From Copranaerobaculum intestinale (GTDB taxonomy: Bacteria; Bacillota_I; Bacilli_A; Erysipelotrichales; Erysipelotrichaceae), in contig NZ_WUUQ01000002.1 of assembly GCF_009831105.1 (NCBI RefSeq), positions 270,001-302,000 on the forward strand: 32,000 nt of DNA, in the 5' to 3' direction. The translations under genes and the position numbers were made by a program. The notes beneath the pieces are model-generated. The model ran no database searches. It was not told the DNA's origin and saw nothing but the letters and a program-made list of their open reading frames with translations. Below, one piece after another: positions 26,043-32,000 of the stretch (position 1 is the first letter of the stretch; each line of letters begins with the position of its first letter).

Positions 26043-26900
26043 ATGAAAACGATTAGTGTGGTTGGCAGCTTGAATGTCGATTATATGATTCAAACCGCCC
26101 GGTTGCCGATGCCGGGAGAAACACTATTTGCCGAAACGTTTCAAAAAATGCCCGGAGGAAAGGGAATGAATCAAGCAGTCTGCTGTGCTGATTTGGGCAA
26201 CCATGTACATATGATCGGCTGTGTGGGCAAGGATGATCAGGGACAATTTCTGCTTTCAAAGCTTCATGAACATCATGTGGATACAAGCGGCGTATATCAG
26301 ACGAATGCTTTGACCGGCTGTGCATTTGTGGCAACCTCTCCCGAGGATAATTCCATAATGGTCGTTAAAGGGGCAAATGATCAGGTTCGCATAGCGATGA
26401 TTGATGAACAGGCAGATGTGCTTTTGAAAAGTGATATGATCATCGCACAATTTGAAATACCGATGGATACCGTCTCTTATCTGATTGATTTCTGTTATCG
26501 AAATCAAAAGTCCCTGCTGATCAACCCAGCTCCGGTGCATACTTTATCTGCATCTGATCTGGAAAAGATTACATATCTTACGCCGAACGAAAAAGAATTT
26601 GATTTTCTTTATCGGGAAGAGCGAGAACAAATACTGGCGGCAAATCCGCAAAAGCTGATCATGACTGCCGGCGGCAATGGTGTCTATGCGTACGATGGAA
26701 AAAAGCTGCTGCATATTCCGGCGGAAAAGGTAGAGGTTGTGGATACGACCGGAGCAGGGGATGCCTTTAATGGGGCCTTTGCCAGCGCAATAGTGAATGG
26801 ACGAACCTTTATGGAAGCGCTTATTTATGCCAATCATATAGCAGCGTGCGCCATCCAGCATTTTGGCGCGCAGGCTGCCATTGCTGATTGTGAAGAATAA
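26043..26900 (+). CDS. rbsK: Ribokinase (PfkB family)
   Basis: Contains GSLNVDY, GGKGMNQAV, NPAP...TPNE and DTTGAGDAFNGAF, which closely parallel E. coli RbsK motifs. It starts 10 nt after the ALDH stop, with SD AGAGGTGAG. Confidence 0.85.
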   Translation: MKTISVVGSLNVDYMIQTARLPMPGETLFAETFQKMPGGKGMNQAVCCADLGNHVHMIGCVGKDDQGQFLLSKLHEHHVDTSGVYQTNALTGCAFVATSPEDNSIMVVKGANDQVRIAMIDEQADVLLKSDMIIAQFEIPMDTVSYLIDFCYRNQKSLLINPAPVHTLSASDLEKITYLTPNEKEFDFLYREEREQILAANPQKLIMTAGGNGVYAYDGKKLLHIPAEKVEVVDTTGAGDAFNGAFASAIVNGRTFMEALIYANHIAACAIQHFGAQAAIADCEE

Positions 26901-26931
26901 AAAGAGGATCTGCATTTTGCGGATTCTTTTT
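26901..26931 (+). terminator. Intrinsic terminator of the amidohydrolase-ALDH-ribokinase operon
   Basis: AAGAGGATCTGC / GCGGATTCTT imperfect hairpin with G-U pairs, followed by TTTTT immediately after the stop. Confidence 0.6.
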
Positions 26932-26970
26932 GCTTATCTCATTAAAAATATTATCCAACAGCAGGGGTTA

Positions 26971-26979
26971 TGCTATACT
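26971..26979 (+). promoter_or_regulatory. Extended -10 promoter upstream of the mini-ORF / GNAT gene
   Basis: TGcTATACT at 26971-26979, with a weak -35 TTATCC 17 nt upstream. Confidence 0.4.
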
Positions 26980-27017
26980 GTTAACAGATGATTTCACTGC
27001 AAAGAGGAGGTATCTAT

Positions 27018-27038
27018 ATGAGGAGCACTACACACTGA
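27018..27038 (+). other. Candidate 6-codon leader mini-ORF (MRSTTH)
   Basis: ATG 27018 lies 7 nt after AAGAGGAGG (27002-27010), and TGA is at 27036-27038. It is 44 nt upstream of the GNAT start, on the same predicted transcript. Confidence 0.25.
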
Positions 27039-27082
27039 TATTTTTTCACAAGCTTTGATTGAAACAATGGAGGAAATATACA

Positions 27083-27652
27083 GTGAAATCAAATTCTTAT
27101 GAATATCTATTCCTGGAAACCCAGGATCTTTATCTTCGTCCCTTTCAGGAAGCGGACGAAGCATATTTTGCCCGCTGGTGCAATGAACCGGAAAACCGCG
27201 GGAAAACAGGTCTGACTAGACCTATCACCCCAGATGCCCAATACCAAGCGCTTCATAAATCATCTTCCGATTCGATATGGTTTGCGATCGTGCGAAAGTC
27301 AGATCGGCAGGTGATTGGTGAAACCGGACTGCTGCGGATGTTTCCCGACTGGGGCTGTACCGATGTTTCCATTATGATCTATGATCCAAGCTATCAACAT
27401 CAAGGCTATGGCAGACAAGCGCTTCTTGCATTGATGAATTATGCATTTGGCGATCTCCACATGCATCGGCTTGCGATCGGAGTAGTCGGCTTCAATCATG
27501 CGGCACTGACATTTTATAAAAGCATCGGCTTCAAACAAGAGGGAATTCAGGAAGAGGGGTATTACTACCATTATCAATATCACGATTTTATCATGATGCG
27601 TATCCTGAAAGGTGAATTTATTGCTTCCCAAACTAAAAAAAGAGCTCTTTGA
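27083..27652 (+). CDS. GNAT-family N-acetyltransferase (RimJ/RimL-like)
   Basis: Contains L.LRPF..(A)DE......W and Q.QGYGRQAL......AF......HRL...V...N..A...Y...GF. GTG 27083 lies 9 nt after GGAGG; TTG 27059 is the longest-ORF alternative. Confidence 0.85.
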   Translation: MKSNSYEYLFLETQDLYLRPFQEADEAYFARWCNEPENRGKTGLTRPITPDAQYQALHKSSSDSIWFAIVRKSDRQVIGETGLLRMFPDWGCTDVSIMIYDPSYQHQGYGRQALLALMNYAFGDLHMHRLAIGVVGFNHAALTFYKSIGFKQEGIQEEGYYYHYQYHDFIMMRILKGEFIASQTKKRAL

Positions 27653-27665
27653 AGCTCTTTTTTAT
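27634..27665. terminator. Bidirectional terminator between the GNAT and HIT genes
   Basis: AAAGAGC (27639-27645) pairs with GCTCTTT (27654-27660), with an A-run before and a T-run after. The GNAT TGA stop (27650-27652) is in the loop. Confidence 0.7.
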
Positions 27666-27667
27666 GT

Positions 27668-28072
27668 TTATAGGGTATTCATCCGGATGTTGTCAGCAAC
27701 CTCCTGCAGATTTTGTTTTGAACTTTCATGAAAGGTGAATTCCACGGCGTCATTTTCATCATAACGGGGTATGAGATGTACGTGAAAATGTTCAACCGTT
27801 TGCCCGGCAGCCTCATGGATATTACTTAACACATTGAGACCGGCCGCACCGGTTTTTTCCAAAATATGAGCGCTTAATTTTTTCACGACCTTCATAACGT
27901 GCTGATAGATTTCTTCATCACAGTCTACTAAATCGGCCGTATGTTTTTTTGGCATCACCAATGTATGGCCTTTGGTAACCTGCGATATATCTAAGATGGC
28001 CAATACTTGTTCATCCTCATAAATAACCTGTCCAGGTATTTCTTTCTGAATGATCTGACAGAAAATACACAT
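27668..28072 (-). CDS. HIT-family (histidine triad) nucleotide hydrolase/transferase
   Basis: Starts MCIFCQII (zinc-type CxxC) and carries the HFHVHLIP triad. ATG 28072 lies 7 nt after GGAGG; the ORF-track start at 28141 is an extension. A TGaTACAAT extended -10 is at 28107-28099. Confidence 0.92.
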   Translation of the reverse strand: MCIFCQIIQKEIPGQVIYEDEQVLAILDISQVTKGHTLVMPKKHTADLVDCDEEIYQHVMKVVKKLSAHILEKTGAAGLNVLSNIHEAAGQTVEHFHVHLIPRYDENDAVEFTFHESSKQNLQEVADNIRMNTL

Positions 28073-28129
28073 CGTATTACCTCCTTTATTTTTTCTATAT
28101 TGTATCACAATTCTGCATGCATAAGCGAT

Positions 28130-28157
28130 GAAAAGAGACACTGAAACCAGTGTCTCT
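28130..28157 (-). terminator. Intrinsic terminator of the prsA-like operon
   Basis: AGAGACACTG-aaac-CAGTGTCTCT is a perfect 10-bp stem (28134-28157), followed by UUUU on the minus strand. Confidence 0.8.
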
Positions 28158-28162
28158 GCATG

Positions 28163-29038
28163 CTATTTCTGTACGATGTACGTCGGTTTACTCTCCTTGA
28201 TGGAATTGTAAATATCAATATCGTATATGGTAAAGTTATACTTTTTTAAATAATATGTGAAAGCTTTGTCGGAGGCATCATCCAATTCTGTTACGGAAGC
28301 AATTGCCTCATCCTTGAAATTGTTAGGATCACTATCTACAACTTTTACGACATAAAATTTTCCGGTCGATGCATCACTGATCACTTCATCAATTAATGTA
28401 TTCGCTTTTTTCACGCTCTTCATTTTGGTGAAGGCAACGGATGACATACCGGTAGTTTTTGAATTGACAACCTTTAAAGCACCATTGAAATTTGTTGTGT
28501 TACCGGTCTTTGCATAATCTGAGAAGTCTTTTCCGCCCTTGATCTCATCAAATACTTTTTTTGCAGACTCCTTGTCATCAAATACTAAAATCTGTGCTTT
28601 CATAGGATGATATTCATTCATCAGTGTCTTATAATTGTCACTGACATATTTTTTATTTAAAGCCTGTTTCTGCTGATCGACTAAGAAAATGTTCTTATAG
28701 TATTCTTCTTCGGTCTTATAGCCGCTGTTCTTTAAGTAATCTGCGAAGCTAGTACCAGCTGATTTCTTATAGTCTTCAAACGCAGCTTTTGCGTTGGTTT
28801 CCATTTCCTTGGTTACCGGTACTTCTTTATCGACGATCTGCTTCGTCACCTGTTCAATAACGGTGTTATAAGCGTTACTCATTTTCATTGTTGTATATAA
28901 ATCTTCTTTTGTGATTTCCTGATTACCGACCTTGGCCACTACCTTATCACCATTTGAAATATCGGCTTTCGCATCACTGCATCCGCTCAGCGCCAATACA
29001 GCAGCCGCGGCACACGTGATCCATACGGTTTTTTTCAT
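28163..29038 (-). CDS. PrsA-like foldase lipoprotein with a degenerate parvulin domain
   Basis: Signal peptide with lipobox LSGC (Cys20) and PrsA-like architecture. The parvulin-equivalent region has AQILV instead of SHILV and GKFYVVKV instead of G.HIIKV. Its SD overlaps the upstream gene's stop. Confidence 0.7.
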   Translation of the reverse strand: MKKTVWITCAAAAVLALSGCSDAKADISNGDKVVAKVGNQEITKEDLYTTMKMSNAYNTVIEQVTKQIVDKEVPVTKEMETNAKAAFEDYKKSAGTSFADYLKNSGYKTEEEYYKNIFLVDQQKQALNKKYVSDNYKTLMNEYHPMKAQILVFDDKESAKKVFDEIKGGKDFSDYAKTGNTTNFNGALKVVNSKTTGMSSVAFTKMKSVKKANTLIDEVISDASTGKFYVVKVVDSDPNNFKDEAIASVTELDDASDKAFTYYLKKYNFTIYDIDIYNSIKESKPTYIVQK

Positions 29039-29052
29039 ATCGCTTCAGCCTC

Positions 29053-30042
29053 CTATTCCTTGATGCCCATGTAATCCATCAGGGCTTTTTTCAATTCTTT
29101 ATCTTTAAAATCAATTTTTAATTTTTTCGCCTGCTCCCAAATGATTGTGCTTCGCATTTCCGGATTGGCAGTCTGGATGGCTTTATATAAACCTTCCTTG
29201 GCATTTTTGTCCTTCATGATTGTATTCATGTCAGTTTCGTCAATTTTGATTTTATGCCAGCCGTTGTAGTCAGTTGAGCTTACTTGTACCCAATCGCTCA
29301 CTTCGCCTTCCTTCATCGCAAAGGCTTTGTCTTTGAAAGCTTGTACGAAGCTTGTATCGGTATCCGCATAACCGAGGTTTCCGCCAGCTGCTTTTGATCC
29401 GGCATCATCTGAGTATTTTTTCGCTACCTTGGCAAAGTCTTCTCCTTTTGCCAGTGCGTCTTCAACCTTTTTCACTTTTTTAAGTTCTTTTTCAGTTGGG
29501 TTTTTAGGATCCTCCATCTTGATTAAGATATGAGAGACGACCCGAGGATTTTTTTCCTTATAAATCGGCTCAAACAGTTTTTTCAAATGCTTTTCAATAT
29601 AACTGTTTGTCAGTTTATCAACTTTCAGATAATGCAGGAAGTAGTCCTCCAGTTCATCAGCACCATAGCCAATGCTGTTTAACCCCTTGCGCAGGAATTC
29701 ATCAGTATCTGTACCATACTGAGCTTCTACCTGCTGACGGTATGCTTTTGCTTTTGTCTGTGCTTCCTCTTTCAGCTTGGAAGTCGTATCCACCGACTGA
29801 TCGACAACGGCGCGTTCAAAATACAAATACATGACCGAACCGCCCATGCTGTTTTTCAAATCCTTGTATACATCTTCAGCAGAGATGTTTTTGCCGGAAA
29901 CGGATGCAACCAGATCCTGGCCGTCGACGCTCTTGCCGGGCAGCTTGTCTTTATTGGTGTCATATGCGTAGAAAATCGCAAAGCTGACAAAGATAAGCGC
30001 GATCAGAATTACAAACCATTGTTTTTTTAGTATTTCAATCAT
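29053..30042 (-). CDS. Membrane-anchored parvulin-type peptidyl-prolyl isomerase (PrsA/PpiD/YacD-like)
   Basis: N-terminal signal-anchor helix and a SurA-N-like region. The parvulin motifs are intact (VSHILIK ... GGNLGY ... GWHKIKI). ATG 30042 follows AAGGAGG; the ORF-track start at 30117 is an extension. Confidence 0.85.
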   Translation of the reverse strand: MIEILKKQWFVILIALIFVSFAIFYAYDTNKDKLPGKSVDGQDLVASVSGKNISAEDVYKDLKNSMGGSVMYLYFERAVVDQSVDTTSKLKEEAQTKAKAYRQQVEAQYGTDTDEFLRKGLNSIGYGADELEDYFLHYLKVDKLTNSYIEKHLKKLFEPIYKEKNPRVVSHILIKMEDPKNPTEKELKKVKKVEDALAKGEDFAKVAKKYSDDAGSKAAGGNLGYADTDTSFVQAFKDKAFAMKEGEVSDWVQVSSTDYNGWHKIKIDETDMNTIMKDKNAKEGLYKAIQTANPEMRSTIIWEQAKKLKIDFKDKELKKALMDYMGIKE

Positions 30043-30126
30043 GAAAATCCTCCTTAAAAAACGTTGTGTGCATGTACAGCAGCTTCCTTGTACATAATGG
30101 ACATAAAAAATGTCCAAGCCTGTATT

Positions 30127-30155
30127 ATTATAGTGTATTTCCTATGGAAATGCAA
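30127..30155 (-). promoter_or_regulatory. Promoter of the two-gene prsA-like operon
   Basis: On the minus strand: TTGCAT (30155-30150), 17 nt, then TATAAT (30132-30127). The 5' UTR of about 80 nt contains GGACAT-ttttt-ATGTCC and TGTACA...TGTACA hairpins. Confidence 0.45.
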
Positions 30156-30204
30156 TTTATATAGGCTTTTCACGCAATTTCCCACAAATCTTTGAGCATA
30201 CTAG

Positions 30205-30216
30205 GAACACGTGTTC
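30205..30216. promoter_or_regulatory. Perfect 12-bp palindrome GAACACGTGTTC (candidate operator)
   Basis: It lies between the divergent prsA-like and suf promoters, 17 nt upstream of the suf -35. Confidence 0.3.
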
Positions 30217-30232
30217 GAGATAATCGTTTCAA

Positions 30233-30261
30233 TTGTTTCGATAGGGAAAATCTGCTATGAT
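30233..30261 (+). promoter_or_regulatory. Promoter of the suf operon
   Basis: TTGTTT (30233-30238), 17 nt, then extended -10 TGcTATGAT (30253-30261). Confidence 0.4.
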
Positions 30262-30286
30262 AGTACGAGCGAAAGGATGTGTGTTT

Positions 30287-31108
30287 ATGAGTGAACTGTT
30301 AATCCACAATCTGCATGTTGATGTAGATGGGAAAGAAATATTAAAAGGACTGAATCTGCACGTGAAAAGTGGAGAAATTCATGCCTTGATGGGACCGAAC
30401 GGGAATGGCAAATCCACCCTGTTAGCTGCTGTGATGGGACACCCGCGCTACCATGTGAGTGAAGGGGAAATCCTGCTTGACGGCAATAATGTATTGGATA
30501 TGGATGTGGATGAGCGCAGCCGTGCAGGGCTGTTTTTAGGAATGCAGTATCCGGCAGAAGTGCCGGGCGTTACCAATTCGGATTTTTTGCGGGCAGCGAT
30601 GAACGCCCGTGAAGAACGGCCGGTTTCCTTGTATAAATTCATCAAGGAGATGGAAAAAACGATCGGTGATCTTCAGATGAAACCGGACTTGGCACATCGG
30701 TTTTTAAATGAAGGCTTTTCCGGCGGTGAGAAAAAACGCAATGAAATCGTGCAGATGAAAATGCTTCATCCTTCGATCGCGATGCTGGATGAAATTGATT
30801 CCGGACTGGATGTCGATGCGTTGAAGGTTGTGGCGGATGCCATAGTGGATATGTATCAAAAGGAAGAGCTCGGATTGATCATCGTATCCCATTATGAACG
30901 ATTTTATCAGCTTTTGAATCCAACCCATGCCCATGTGCTGATCGATGGAAAAATTGTTATGGAGGGTGATCATGAGCTGGTTTCCCGTATTGATGAGCAG
31001 GGGTATGACTGGATCATTGAGGAATTGGGAATTACGCTTGATGAACAAGAGGAAAAGCCACAGCCGCGGATGAGTCTTGGCAGCTGCGCGGTAAAGAAAG
31101 AGGCATAG
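30287..31108 (+). CDS. sufC: Fe-S cluster assembly ATPase SufC
   Basis: Walker A GPNGNGKST, an ABC signature-like FSGGEKKR and Walker B MLDEIDSGLD. ATG 30287 follows AAAGGA; the ORF-track start at 30257 lies within the promoter. Confidence 0.95.
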   Translation: MSELLIHNLHVDVDGKEILKGLNLHVKSGEIHALMGPNGNGKSTLLAAVMGHPRYHVSEGEILLDGNNVLDMDVDERSRAGLFLGMQYPAEVPGVTNSDFLRAAMNAREERPVSLYKFIKEMEKTIGDLQMKPDLAHRFLNEGFSGGEKKRNEIVQMKMLHPSIAMLDEIDSGLDVDALKVVADAIVDMYQKEELGLIIVSHYERFYQLLNPTHAHVLIDGKIVMEGDHELVSRIDEQGYDWIIEELGITLDEQEEKPQPRMSLGSCAVKKEA

Positions 31109-31109
31109 T

Positions 31110-31910
31110 ATGAAGCAGCTGGAAAAGGCAACACATTATGAATTCCATGAGGACGGCTGCTATCATCTTGTTTTAGACGGTGATTGTACGATCACTGTGG
31201 ATGAACGCATAAACGTTCAGATATATTTCACATATGATAAAGAGCAGACAGATCAAAGGCTGGAGCTTATTGTGAAACCCGAGGCGCAGGTAAAGGGGCT
31301 GTTTTTGGCACATGCCCGGTCTGCGGGTTCCCTTCATCATCATTTTCGGGTAATGCGGGATGCCGGCTTGCAAATCGGATACGGAGAATTGCAGGAGGGT
31401 TCCATAGATGCGGACATTGTTTGTGATTTGGTGGAGACGGGGGCAAATGCAAGACTGCTTCATACCTGCTTAGCAAATGAACACAAGCATTTTCATATTA
31501 CCTGCAATCATTTAAAGCCGCATACTGAAGGGCTGATGGAGAATTATGCCGTCGTATCGGAAGACGGAAATTATCGGATGGAAGCCTGCGGTAAGATTGT
31601 TAAGGGGGCTTATGGCAGTGCATCGCATCAGCATACGCATGTGCTGACGATGAGTGAGCATCATCGCAGCGAGGTTATTCCTTTACTTTTAATTGATGAA
31701 AATGATGTAGAGGCTTCTCATGCGATGAGTCTTGGTCAGCCGGATCGCGAGCAACTGTATTATCTGCAAAGCCGCGGACTTAGTCATAAACAAGCGCTGG
31801 GGCTGCTGATGCTGGGGTATATCATGCCGTTATGTCATATCATATCTGACGATGATCTGCAAAAGCAGCTGCAGGAACTCATAGAAAAGAAGGTGGGACT
31901 ATATGCTTGA
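31110..31910 (+). CDS. sufD: Fe-S cluster assembly protein SufD (short form, SufB/D family)
   Basis: C-terminal SufBD signature (D...ASHA.S.GQ.D.EQL.YL.SRGL....A..LL..G) and a beta-helix-like repetitive core. It starts 2 nt after the sufC stop. It is 266 aa against about 430 typical. Confidence 0.85.
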   Translation: MKQLEKATHYEFHEDGCYHLVLDGDCTITVDERINVQIYFTYDKEQTDQRLELIVKPEAQVKGLFLAHARSAGSLHHHFRVMRDAGLQIGYGELQEGSIDADIVCDLVETGANARLLHTCLANEHKHFHITCNHLKPHTEGLMENYAVVSEDGNYRMEACGKIVKGAYGSASHQHTHVLTMSEHHRSEVIPLLLIDENDVEASHAMSLGQPDREQLYYLQSRGLSHKQALGLLMLGYIMPLCHIISDDDLQKQLQELIEKKVGLYA

Positions 31911-32000
31911 TCCAAATTTTTACCGCAAGGATTTTCCCATGCTTCAGCATCATCAGATGCAGGGGCAGGAACTGATTTATTTTGATAACGGTGCGACAAC
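31903..32000 (+). CDS. sufS: Cysteine desulfurase SufS (5' part; continues beyond the window)
   Basis: ATG 31903 overlaps the sufD stop (ATGCTTGA). The translation MLDPNFYRKDFPMLQHHQMQGQELIYFDNGAT matches the usual SufS/CsdA N-terminus (FP.L.......YFDNAAT). Confidence 0.8.
   Translation, partial: MLDPNFYRKDFPMLQHHQMQGQELIYFDNGAT

Noticed and set aside
26544-26915. 123-aa minus-strand ORF
   Set aside because: It is antisense to the ribokinase C-terminus (DTTGAGDAFNGAF is in the sense frame) and runs through the operon terminator.
1-32000. Search for CRISPR arrays, IS elements or transposases, integrases, prophage genes, rRNA/tRNA genes and known defence-system genes
   Set aside because: I found no regularly spaced direct repeats, no terminal inverted repeats flanking a transposase-like ORF, and no recombinase, RT or nuclease-helicase signatures. 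Every large ORF has a housekeeping or metabolic assignment.

Overview
This window reads as a core-genome stretch of a low-GC Gram-positive (Bacillota-type) chromosome. It carries classic Bacillota gene strings: ylmH-divIVA-(T-box)-ileS, a SpoU/TrmH methyltransferase followed by (T-box)-pheS-pheT, dapH, RNase J, def, an FtsW/RodA-family gene, rsmD-coaD, a HIT gene next to PrsA-like genes, and sufC-sufD-sufS. I support 31 protein-coding genes, one of them partial at the 3' edge. I also support two T-box riboswitches with readable specifier codons (AUC for Ile, UUC for Phe), many hairpin plus U-run terminators, and several sigma-A-like promoters, often with an extended -10 (TGn). I see no rRNA, tRNA, CRISPR array, transposase, integrase, phage gene or recognisable defence gene, so I cannot claim a clear novel system. 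Six things deserve a second look. (1) An orphan consensus promoter and a strand-asymmetric long palindrome delimit a roughly 390-nt non-coding unit in the 561-bp ileS / c-di-GMP enzyme spacer. (2) A translationally coupled pair: a PPP-family phosphatase and a 94-aa stand-alone ParB/Srx-like protein. (3) A large PilJ-PAS(Cys triad)-GAF-GGDEF-EAL sensor sitting alone among housekeeping genes. (4) A 6-codon mini-ORF with a near-perfect SD ahead of a GNAT gene. (5) A perfect 12-bp palindrome between the divergent prsA-like and suf promoters. (6) A recurring layout where stop codons sit in terminator loops. All function calls come from motif recognition by eye; no database search was run.
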